From positions 87-64,086 of the forward strand of contig DFUR01000068.1 of NCBI GenBank assembly GCA_002380425.1: a stretch of 64,000 bases of DNA, given 5' to 3'. The notes under the pieces are model-generated. The model saw only the letters and a program-made list of their open reading frames with translations, was not told where the DNA came from and did not search any database. Shown here piece by piece: positions 56,305 to 64,000 of the stretch. Positions within the stretch are counted from its first letter, which is position 1. The number at the start of each line of letters is the position of its first letter. The stretch is from Bacteroidales bacterium UBA4181. Its GTDB lineage: Bacteria; Bacteroidota; Bacteroidia; Bacteroidales; UBA4181. Both the position numbers and the translations under genes were made by a program.

Positions 56305-58901
56305 ACGCTCTGAATCCCCTTTTCGGGCGACTTCTTCTTTCTTCCGGGTTTCTTGGTCACCCTTAACGTCAACTCTTCCTCCCCGGTCTTGTGATCAATG
56401 GTAATCTTGTGTCCTGGCGAGGATTCATGGCGAATAATCAGTTCAGCCATCGGGTCCTCAACATACTTCTGAATGGCGCGTTTGAGGGGCCGGGCACCGA
56501 ACTTGGCGTCATATCCCTTATCGCACAGAAAATCCCGGGCAGAAGGGGTCATTTCTATGGAGAAATCCATGGAAATCACCCTGTCGAACAGACTCTTGAG
56601 CTCAATATCAATGATCTTGCTGATCTCCTCCTTACCCAGAGGGTTGAACACCACGATATCATCCACACGATTCAGGAACTCGGGGGCAAAAGTTTTTTTC
56701 AGCGCGCTGTGGATAACACTCTTGGCATACTCATCCTTCTGTGCCTCACGGGCTGATGTGCTAAAGCCGACACCCGCACCGAAATCGTTGAGCTGGCGTG
56801 AACCCACATTGGACGTCATAATGACGATGGTGTTCCGGAAGTCCACCTTCCGTCCCAGACTATCGGTCAGTTGTCCTTCATCGAGCACCTGCAGCAACAA
56901 ATGAAATACATCGGGGTGCGCTTTTTCAATCTCATCCAGAAGCACTACCGAATAAGGGCGACGACGCACCTTTTCAGTAAGCTGTCCACCCTCTTCGTAT
57001 CCCACATAACCAGGAGGCGCTCCAATCAGTCGAGACACGGAGAACTTCTCCATATACTCACTCATGTCAATCCGGATCAGATTGTCAGCACTGTCAAAGA
57101 GAAATCGCGCCAGAACTTTAGCCAACTGCGTTTTCCCCACTCCGGTGGAGCCCAGAAAAATAAAGGAGCCAATGGGTCGGTTGGGATCCTTGATCCCGGC
57201 CCGGTTCCTGTGGATGGCTTTGACAACTTTTTCGATGGCCTGGTTCTGTCCGATGACGCTTTCGGTCAGTTCCCGGTTCATCTGCAACAGACGCAGGCCC
57301 TCAGCCTGAGCTATTCTCTGTACTGGAACACCCGTCATCATCGCCACGACCTCGGCCACCTTATCGGCATCCACTACCTGGCGGTTGCGGTTCAGGTCTT
57401 TTTCCCACTTGTCCTTTTCCCTGCTAAGTTGCTCAATCATGGACTTTTCCTTGTCCCTGAAGCCAGCAGCTTTCTCGAAGTTCTGATTCTTGACAGCTGC
57501 AATCTTATTGTTGCGCACCTTTTCAATCTCCTGTTCCAGCCGCACAATACTCTCGGGAACCACAATGTTGATAATATGCGCCCGGGAACCGGCTTCATCC
57601 AGAGCATCAATGGCCTTGTCCGGCAGATGCCGATCAGAAATATACCTGTTGGTAAGCTTCACACATGCCTCAATGGCCTCAGGAGTATAGATAACGCTGT
57701 GATGGTCCTCATACCGGGATTTGATATTCCTGAGAATCTCCAGCGTTTCCTCAACGGTTGCAGGCTCGACCATCACTTTTTGGAACCGACGCTCCAAGGC
57801 GCCGTCCTTTTCAATATGCTGACGGTACTCATCCAGAGTGGTGGCTCCGATACACTGAATCTCCCCACGTGCCAGAGCGGGTTTGAGCATGTTGGCCGCA
57901 TCGAGCGAACCGCTCGCACCGCCAGCGCCCACGATGGTGTGAATTTCATCAATAAAAAGAATCACATTGGTGGCCCTGGAAAGCTCATTCAAAATGGCCT
58001 TCATCCGTTCTTCGAACTGTCCCCGGTACTTGGTTCCAGCGACAATAGAAGCCAAATCGAGGGTGAGTACCCGCTTGCCAAACAGCACCCGGGAAACCTT
58101 ACGCTGAACGATCCTCAGAGCCAGGCCTTCGGCGATGGCTGACTTGCCCACTCCGGGTTCTCCGATCAATACAGGATTGTTTTTCTTTCGGCGGCTCAGA
58201 ATCTGTGCCAAACGCTCAATCTCCTTTTCACGTCCGACAATGGGATCCAGACGTCCTTCCTCAGCAGCCTTGGTCAGGTCGGTGCCGAAATTATCCATCA
58301 CTGGCGTTTCTGATCCCGAACGGGACGCAGATTGAGCGCCCCTGGATGATCCGGAAGGAGGGCCAGGCATATCCTCGTCGTCTTCCTCACTGTCCTGATG
58401 TTGATTGCTCACAGGAGGAATCTCGCTGCCTTCTTCTTCGCCGGGAAGTGCATCTTCCAATCCAGAGAGGAAACCACCTTCCAGATGCTCCCGGACTACG
58501 AAATAATCAATATCTCTTTCCCCCAGAATCCTGGAAATAAGGCTATTCTGATCCTTGAGCAAAGCCAGAAGCAGGTGACCCGTTTCCACCTCATCACTCT
58601 GAAAGGAACGAGCTTCGAGCGTGCCCAGTTTCAGCGCACGTTCGGTTGATTTGAGCAAAGGCAACTGCTCTGTGGGCCCCACGGAAACCGGGTGACGCTC
58701 CATCTTTTCTTCAACAGTTTTGCGGATTTCATAAAGGTCCACGCCCAACTCCACCAGGGCATCCACCGCCGGGCCTTCGCCATCGCGTAGAATCCCCAGA
58801 AACAAATGTTCCGGTCCCACATAAGGAGTACCCAGGCGAAGCGCCTCTTCCTTGCTGTACATCAAAACGTCACGAATATGCTGCGAAAACTTTGCATCCA
58901 T
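56301..58901 (-). CDS. clpC: ATP-dependent Clp protease ATP-binding subunit (ClpC-type Hsp100)
   Basis: Two Clp_N repeats are followed by Walker A GEPGVGKS (D1). A UVR-like middle motif reads [13 protein letters not shown]. The D2 Walker A is GSTGVGKT. The length is 866 aa. Confidence 0.88.
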   Translation of the reverse strand: MDAKFSQHIRDVLMYSKEEALRLGTPYVGPEHLFLGILRDGEGPAVDALVELGVDLYEIRKTVEEKMERHPVSVGPTEQLPLLKSTERALKLGTLEARSFQSDEVETGHLLLALLKDQNSLISRILGERDIDYFVVREHLEGGFLSGLEDALPGEEEGSEIPPVSNQHQDSEEDDEDMPGPPSGSSRGAQSASRSGSETPVMDNFGTDLTKAAEEGRLDPIVGREKEIERLAQILSRRKKNNPVLIGEPGVGKSAIAEGLALRIVQRKVSRVLFGKRVLTLDLASIVAGTKYRGQFEERMKAILNELSRATNVILFIDEIHTIVGAGGASGSLDAANMLKPALARGEIQCIGATTLDEYRQHIEKDGALERRFQKVMVEPATVEETLEILRNIKSRYEDHHSVIYTPEAIEACVKLTNRYISDRHLPDKAIDALDEAGSRAHIINIVVPESIVRLEQEIEKVRNNKIAAVKNQNFEKAAGFRDKEKSMIEQLSREKDKWEKDLNRNRQVVDADKVAEVVAMMTGVPVQRIAQAEGLRLLQMNRELTESVIGQNQAIEKVVKAIHRNRAGIKDPNRPIGSFIFLGSTGVGKTQLAKVLARFLFDSADNLIRIDMSEYMEKFSVSRLIGAPPGYVGYEEGGQLTEKVRRRPYSVVLLDEIEKAHPDVFHLLLQVLDEGQLTDSLGRKVDFRNTIVIMTSNVGSRQLNDFGAGVGFSTSAREAQKDEYAKSVIHSALKKTFAPEFLNRVDDIVVFNPLGKEEISKIIDIELKSLFDRVISMDFSIEMTPSARDFLCDKGYDAKFGARPLKRAIQKYVEDPMAELIIRHESSPGHKITIDHKTGEEELTLRVTKKPGRKKKSPEKGIQSV

Positions 58902-58923
58902 TCTTCCCTGATTTTATTCTATG

Positions 58924-58931
58924 CAAACCTA
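58924..58931 (-). promoter_or_regulatory. Candidate -7 box (TAGGTTTG) for clpC
   Basis: The minus strand reads GTAGGTTTGCA, ending 22 nt upstream of ATG 58901. Confidence 0.35.
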
Positions 58932-59082
58932 CAAGATTCTGTCCAAACCCACAAACCTTGATGCTAAAATAGCCATTTGAACGGAAAATGGGTTCCAGAT
59001 TTCATAAAAAAACGTATCTTAGCGCGTTCAAAGATGAACCCGGGAAACCATGTGTTTTCCCTTTAAAATAAAGACTTTCAGA

Positions 59083-61605
59083 ATGCAGGGACAAGACGAA
59101 AAGATCATCAGCATCAATATTGAAGAGGAAATGAAATCGGCTTACATCGACTATTCGATGTCGGTCATTGTTTCCCGTGCGCTCCCCGATGTCCGAGATG
59201 GTTTGAAACCAGTTCACCGACGGGTCCTTTTCGGAATGTCCGAACTGGGTGTTACGGCATCCGGCCAGTATAAAAAATCGGCCAGAATCGTTGGAGAGGT
59301 GCTTGGTAAGTACCATCCTCACGGGGATTCTTCAGTATATTATGCTATGGTCCGTATGGCCCAGCATTGGTCGTTGCGCTACCCACTGGTGGACGGTCAG
59401 GGCAACTATGGTTCGGTAGATGGTGACCCTCCTGCCGCCATGCGTTACACCGAGGCCAGGATGAGAAAGATTGCCGAGGAGTTACTTGCGGACATCGACA
59501 AGAACACCGTTGATTTCCAGCTCAACTTCGATGATACTTTGGAGGAACCTGTGGTTCTTCCCTGTGGATTCCCCCAGCTTCTGGTGAACGGCTCCTCGGG
59601 TATTGCCGTTGGTATGGCAACCAACATGGCACCGCACAATCTTACCGAAGCCATTGATGCCACGGTGGCGTACATTGACAACAATGACATCACGACCGAA
59701 GAGTTAATGGTCCATATCAAGGGACCAGATTTTCCCACAGGGGGTATTATACAGGGCATCTCGGGCATTCGCGATGCCTTCGAGACCGGAAGAGGACGAA
59801 TTGTGGTTCGTGCCCGTATGAACATCGAAGTGCAGGAGAGCGGACGGGAGGTAATCGTTATTTCCGAGATTCCTTATGAAGTCAACAAGGCCCTGCTCAT
59901 TGAAAAGATTGCTGAGCTGGTCAACGAAAAGAAGATTGAAGGAATCTCCTTTGTGAACGACGAATCGGACCGCGATGGTATGCGCATCGTCATTAAACTC
60001 AAGAAAGAAGCCAATTCCAATGTTGTTCTGAACAATCTGTACAAGCATACCCAGCTACAGACCTCGTTCAGTGTCAACAATATTGCTCTGGTCCACGGAA
60101 GGCCCAGAACACTGAACCTCAAGGAACTGATTCACTACTTTGTGGAGCATCGCCATGAGGTAGTCGTGCGGCGCACCGAATACGACCTCAAAAAGGCGCA
60201 GGAAAGACTCCATATTTTGGATGGTTTGCTTATCGCGATTGACCACATTGACGAGGTCATCCGTATCATCCGGGCATCTTCCACTCCGGATCTGGCCATT
60301 GAAGGTCTTATGGATGCTTTCAGCCTTTCGGAACTTCAGGCCCGCGCTATTGTGGATATGCGCCTGAGAGCCCTCACCGGCCTGGAACGGGACAAATTGC
60401 TTGCAGAACATCAGGAACTGACCCGTATGGTAGCCTACTACCAGGAGGTTCTTGCTAACAAAGAGCTCAGAATGAGCATCATAAAGGAAGAGCTCCTGCT
60501 CATCAAGGATAAATTCGGAGATGTTCGCAGAACAGAGATTGTTCCGGATGCCGGAGAGTTCAATCCTGAAGATTTCTATGCCGATGACGATATGGTGATC
60601 ACTATATCGCGCCTTGGGTACATCAAGAGAACCCCGCTGTCTGAATTCCGGACACAGGGCAGGGGAGGAGTGGGCTCCAAGGGTAGCACCACCCGTGATG
60701 AGGACTTTTTGGAACACCTTTTCCATGCCTCCATGCACAACACCCTGTTGCTGTTCACCGAAAAAGGGAAATGCTACTGGGTCAAGGTGTATGACCTGCC
60801 CGAAGGCACCAAAACATCCAAGGGACGTGCCATCCAGAACATCATCAACATTGATGCAGACGACCAGGTCAAGGCCTACATCAATGTGGCTACCCTTTCG
60901 GATACGGAGTATATCAACAACCACTCCATTGTATTGTGTACCCGCGAAGGAGTAATTAAGAAGACTTCTCTGGAGGCTTATTCGCGCCCCCGGACAAACG
61001 GCATCAATGCCGTAACCATCCGGGAGGGAGACAGCCTGATTGATGCACGTCTGACCACCGGGAACAGCCAGATTATGATCGCTGTACGCTCCGGACGAGC
61101 CATTCGTTTTGAAGAGAACAAAGTCCGGAATATGGGTCGTACAGCCTCAGGGGTGCGGGCCATAAGCCTCTCTGAAAGCTCTGAAGACCGGGTAGTTGGC
61201 ATGATTTGTGTTGAACCTGATAGTGACCGGGACGTACTCGTGGTATCCGAAACCGGTTACGGCAAACGGTCTAAGGTGGAAGACTACAGGATTACCAATC
61301 GTGGCGGCAAAGGTGTCAAGACCATCAACATCACCGAAAAAACTGGGATGCTTATCGGTATCAAGGCCGTTAACGATGAAGAGGACCTGATGATCATCAA
61401 CCAGTCGGGTTTGACCATCCGGATGGGGGTTTCGGATATCAGGGTTGCGGGCCGTGCCACTCAGGGCGTGCGCCTGATGAATCTACGTCCCGGAGACGTC
61501 ATTGCCTCCATCACACAAGTTCCCGGTCAGGACGAAGAATTAATTGAAAACCAAGTGGATGCGGAGCAGATTTCCGATAACACCCTTACAAATTCTGAAG
61601 AATAG
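59083..61605 (+). CDS. gyrA: DNA gyrase subunit A
   Basis: ATG at 59083 (MQGQDEK). Motifs include [28 protein letters not shown], the QRDR block HPHGDSSVY and the active-site Tyr in [11 protein letters not shown]-terminal beta-pinwheel repeats are present. Confidence 0.93.
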   Translation: MQGQDEKIISINIEEEMKSAYIDYSMSVIVSRALPDVRDGLKPVHRRVLFGMSELGVTASGQYKKSARIVGEVLGKYHPHGDSSVYYAMVRMAQHWSLRYPLVDGQGNYGSVDGDPPAAMRYTEARMRKIAEELLADIDKNTVDFQLNFDDTLEEPVVLPCGFPQLLVNGSSGIAVGMATNMAPHNLTEAIDATVAYIDNNDITTEELMVHIKGPDFPTGGIIQGISGIRDAFETGRGRIVVRARMNIEVQESGREVIVISEIPYEVNKALLIEKIAELVNEKKIEGISFVNDESDRDGMRIVIKLKKEANSNVVLNNLYKHTQLQTSFSVNNIALVHGRPRTLNLKELIHYFVEHRHEVVVRRTEYDLKKAQERLHILDGLLIAIDHIDEVIRIIRASSTPDLAIEGLMDAFSLSELQARAIVDMRLRALTGLERDKLLAEHQELTRMVAYYQEVLANKELRMSIIKEELLLIKDKFGDVRRTEIVPDAGEFNPEDFYADDDMVITISRLGYIKRTPLSEFRTQGRGGVGSKGSTTRDEDFLEHLFHASMHNTLLLFTEKGKCYWVKVYDLPEGTKTSKGRAIQNIINIDADDQVKAYINVATLSDTEYINNHSIVLCTREGVIKKTSLEAYSRPRTNGINAVTIREGDSLIDARLTTGNSQIMIAVRSGRAIRFEENKVRNMGRTASGVRAISLSESSEDRVVGMICVEPDSDRDVLVVSETGYGKRSKVEDYRITNRGGKGVKTINITEKTGMLIGIKAVNDEEDLMIINQSGLTIRMGVSDIRVAGRATQGVRLMNLRPGDVIASITQVPGQDEELIENQVDAEQISDNTLTNSEE

Positions 61606-61624
61606 AACTTAAGTACTCACTGTC

Positions 61625-62956
61625 ATGAAAAAAATTATTGCCTCCCTTCTCCTGACATTTTTTGCTGCAGGTTTCCTTGTAGCACAAAACAGGGACAACA
61701 TCGAGAAATTCCGTGCTCAGGCGAGCCGGATTCTTACAATGATTGAAAAGAATCCCAAGAATGCGGACAAATTCTACAATCAGGTGGACCTCGCTGAAGC
61801 CTTGGTTACCATGTACGAGCTCAATACCAGTAAACTTACATTCAACGTCAAGCCTTCTGATCTGGAGCGCATCTACCCCGGAGTAAAGCCCGAGAGCGTT
61901 GACGAAAAGCAGGAGGGTACTGAGAAAGTCGCTATATACACCTATCCGTACATTCAACTCAAATTCATCAATGACCAGTTGCGCACCTGGGAGCTCAGGA
62001 ATCTGGATATTGACAATATCCTCAATAAGGCGCTTGAAGCCGTTAACAAGGCTGGGGAACTGGACAAACGTAATGACTCCGAAGCTACCAAGAAACTGGA
62101 CAGTTACCGAACCAGTCTGCGTCATGCATTCAACATGAATGCTTTTGCAGCCTATTTTGCAAAAGACTACAGGAGCGCCTACGACAACGCCATGATCTAT
62201 TTGAACCTCATGGACAAAGCCCGTCTGCGCGACACAACGGCACAGATCTATGCCGTGTATTACGCACAGTACGGAGGAATGAAGGATGAACTGCTGAAAG
62301 CCTACGATCAGGCGGTTTCGCGAAAATACAGGGAAACTAAGTCGAATGAAGGTCAGATGTTCCTTTTTGCCCACCAGGTCTATCTGGAGCGGGGAGACAG
62401 CCTGAAAGCATTGGCCACGCTCACCAAGGGTGCAGAATTCTACCCGGACAATTACGACATCATCATCAAGTTGATCAATATGTATCGGGACCTGAACCAA
62501 AAGGATCAGGCTGTGGCCTATCTGCATAAAGCGCAGACCATGAATCCCGGTTTTGCGGTGCTTTATTTGGTTGAAGCATCCCTGCAGCACGATTTGGGTA
62601 ATGATTCTCTGTCATACATCCTGTATAAGAAAGTTCTGGAACTTGACGACAAAAACTTCAGGGCCTATCTTAATATTGGGGCGACTGAATTCGATAAGGG
62701 AAAAGCCATGATCCTTAAGGCTCAGGAGGAAGAAAACAATGACGTGTATGTTGCGCGCAAAAAAGAGGCTGAGGATCAGATGAATGTTGCTGTTCCCTAT
62801 TTGGAAAAGGCGGCAGAACTGAATCCTGATCCCTCAAACACAGAAATTCTGGCCACATTGAAATCCTTGTATTATCTGTTGCGCGTCAGGTTCCCTGAAT
62901 ATGATGCCCGCTATAAGGTGTTGGAGCAGAAGTTGCCCACGCCCAAGACAAATTAA
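61625..62956 (+). CDS. Secreted tetratricopeptide-repeat protein
   Basis: The signal peptide is MKKIIASLLLTFFAAGFLVAQ. Repeated helical A/Y/L-rich units of about 34 aa include LKALATLTKGAEFYPDNYD and AYLHKAQTMNPGFA. A gene in this position downstream of gyrA is common in Bacteroidota. Confidence 0.7.
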   Translation: MKKIIASLLLTFFAAGFLVAQNRDNIEKFRAQASRILTMIEKNPKNADKFYNQVDLAEALVTMYELNTSKLTFNVKPSDLERIYPGVKPESVDEKQEGTEKVAIYTYPYIQLKFINDQLRTWELRNLDIDNILNKALEAVNKAGELDKRNDSEATKKLDSYRTSLRHAFNMNAFAAYFAKDYRSAYDNAMIYLNLMDKARLRDTTAQIYAVYYAQYGGMKDELLKAYDQAVSRKYRETKSNEGQMFLFAHQVYLERGDSLKALATLTKGAEFYPDNYDIIIKLINMYRDLNQKDQAVAYLHKAQTMNPGFAVLYLVEASLQHDLGNDSLSYILYKKVLELDDKNFRAYLNIGATEFDKGKAMILKAQEEENNDVYVARKKEAEDQMNVAVPYLEKAAELNPDPSNTEILATLKSLYYLLRVRFPEYDARYKVLEQKLPTPKTN

Positions 62957-62975
62957 GATTTTTTGGATTCAAACA

Positions 62976-63005
62976 AAAGGGGTGCAATCGCATCCCTTTA
63001 TTTTA
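62976..63005 (+). terminator. Intrinsic terminator after the TPR gene
   Basis: The stem AAAGGGGTGC-AATC-GCATCCCTTT (one G-U pair) is followed by ATTTT. Confidence 0.5.
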
Positions 63006-63055
63006 ATGTACTTATTTAACATAATATTAATTATAAGTCAATTTGATGGAAAAAA

Positions 63056-63395
63056 AAAGCAGGTCTGTAAGCCGGGTTCTGTGCCGTGGGAACGGTGTCT
63101 GTCATTTATCTGGGACCGGCGTCACCGCCGGACTCAAGCAACCTACCCTCCGTCTCGGGCGGGCAACCCTGATAGCGACGGTTTACATGGTTTTGCAACC
63201 CATAAGGTGTACGGCTGCAGATGTCACCATCCGCACCGGTGCGCTCTTACCGCACCTTTTCACCCTTACCCCGAAAGGCGGTATTTTTCTGTTACACTAC
63301 TGCGCCCTCACGAACGTCTTCCTGTTAGGAAGTATGGTGCCCTGCGTTGCCCGGACTTTCCTCTGACAAAGTCAGCGACAGACCGACCTGCTTTC
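63056..63395 (-). ncRNA. rnpB: RNase P RNA (bacterial type A)
   Basis: The reverse complement contains the universally conserved GAGGAAAGTCCGGGC (P4 5' strand), GGTAAGGGTGAAAAGGTGCGGTAAGAGCGCACC, AGATAAATGAC and ACAGAACCCGGCTTA (P4 3' strand). P1 pairs AAGCAGGTC with GACCTGCTT. The ends are approximate to about 5 nt. Confidence 0.9.
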
Positions 63396-63398
63396 CTG

Positions 63399-63406
63399 CA
63401 AAATTA
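63399..63406 (-). promoter_or_regulatory. Candidate -7 box (TAATTTTG) for rnpB
   Basis: The minus strand reads CTAATTTTGCA, ending 3-7 nt upstream of the predicted P1 5' end. Confidence 0.45.
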
Positions 63407-63431
63407 GTAAATTTACGGGCAAATAACGCAT

Positions 63432-64000
63432 ATGCACACAGGATCGGTCCAAACATATCACTACGATCTACCCGACGATAAAATTGCCAAATATCCGCTC
63501 GCAGAGCGTGATGCTTCAAAAATGCTGCTCTATGACGGGCACGACATTACCACGGGCTGTTTCAGAGATTTGCACCAGTATCTGGATGCATCAGACTTGC
63601 TTGTATTCAATGACACCAAGGTTATTCCGGCCCGGCTCATCTTTCACAAGAGCGGAGGCGCCCGAATAGAGATCTTCTGCCTGGAACCTCTAGAACCGGC
63701 AGATTATCAGCAGTCATTCCAGCAAACTGGCAGTGTGGTGTGGAAATGTCTTGTGGGCAATCTTAAGAAATGGAAACGCGGTGACCTGGAACAAATCCTC
63801 ACGAACACCTCGGAATCCCGTGAACATCTGGATCCAGCCGAAATTTCCCAGATACAGCCGGTCCACAGAGAAACCCCGGACAAGGCTGTGCTCCGGGCCA
63901 CTCTTGTGGCCAATCACCCCACCTGGCAACAGATTCGCTTTCAGTGGAACACCCAGGAGAGCTTTGCCGAACTCCTGGACCGACTGGGAAACACTCCTAT
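63432..64000 (+). CDS. queA: S-adenosylmethionine:tRNA ribosyltransferase-isomerase (5' partial, runs off the window)
   Basis: This ORF is absent from the ORF track because no stop falls in the window. A hand translation from ATG 63432 gives MHTGSVQTYHYDLPDDKIAKYPLAERDASKMLLYD..LLVFNDTKVIPARLIFHKSGGARIEIFCLEP, the canonical QueA N-terminus. Confidence 0.88.
   Translation, partial: MHTGSVQTYHYDLPDDKIAKYPLAERDASKMLLYDGHDITTGCFRDLHQYLDASDLLVFNDTKVIPARLIFHKSGGARIEIFCLEPLEPADYQQSFQQTGSVVWKCLVGNLKKWKRGDLEQILTNTSESREHLDPAEISQIQPVHRETPDKAVLRATLVANHPTWQQIRFQWNTQESFAELLDRLGNTP

Noticed and set aside
56871-58142. 423-aa plus-strand ORF inside clpC, and the 289-aa (60055-60924) and 334-aa (61586-62590) minus-strand ORFs opposite gyrA and the TPR gene
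   Set aside because: All are antisense to genes with strong motif support. Long open antisense frames are expected from the codon bias of this genome.
62901-63407. 168-aa and 107-aa plus-strand ORFs
   Set aside because: They lie over the RNase P RNA gene on the opposite strand. The universally conserved rnpB sequence blocks explain the region.
1-64000. CRISPR arrays, IS elements, integrases, phage or toxin-antitoxin modules, rRNA
   Set aside because: Reading both strands, I found no regularly spaced repeats, no terminal inverted repeats flanking a transposase-like ORF, and no rRNA-like conserved blocks.

Overview
This 64-kb chromosomal window reads as a Bacteroidota (Bacteroidia-like) genome. 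Start codons lack Shine-Dalgarno signals, and TAnnTTTG-type -7 boxes sit at sensible distances upstream of several genes and stable RNAs. An aconitase-icd-citrate synthase operon is present, and gyrA is followed by a TPR protein. Coding density is high: about 43 protein genes, two tandem tRNA-Leu genes and RNase P RNA (rnpB). I saw no CRISPR array, transposase, integrase or phage genes.

Most of the content is housekeeping. It includes the partial TCA operon, sufBCDS, lipA-lipB, pfkA, nifJ (PFOR), pyrD, mtnN, metY, clpC, gyrA, a partial queA, a photolyase and a DEAD-box helicase. A small glycan-degrading trio (tandem CE12-like esterase, GH43, GH95) sits between two membrane sensor kinases.

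The most unusual feature is a 9.6-kb minus-strand operon (19901-29484). A stand-alone CheR-type methyltransferase is followed by four histidine kinases and a sigma-54 (NtrC-type) activator. Together these carry seven receiver domains and no visible Hpt domain, and no CheA, CheW, CheB or MCP occurs in the window.

Secondary oddities:
- A 595-nt AT-rich non-coding gap with repeated TTACA-N2-TGTAA palindromes next to an XRE regulator.
- A roughly 0.75-kb strongly C-over-G skewed island holding a His-rich 175-aa ORF and short direct repeats.
- An internally duplicated esterase.
- Several convergent gene pairs whose 3' ends overlap.

All domain calls come from motif recognition by eye on the supplied translations. 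No database search was run.
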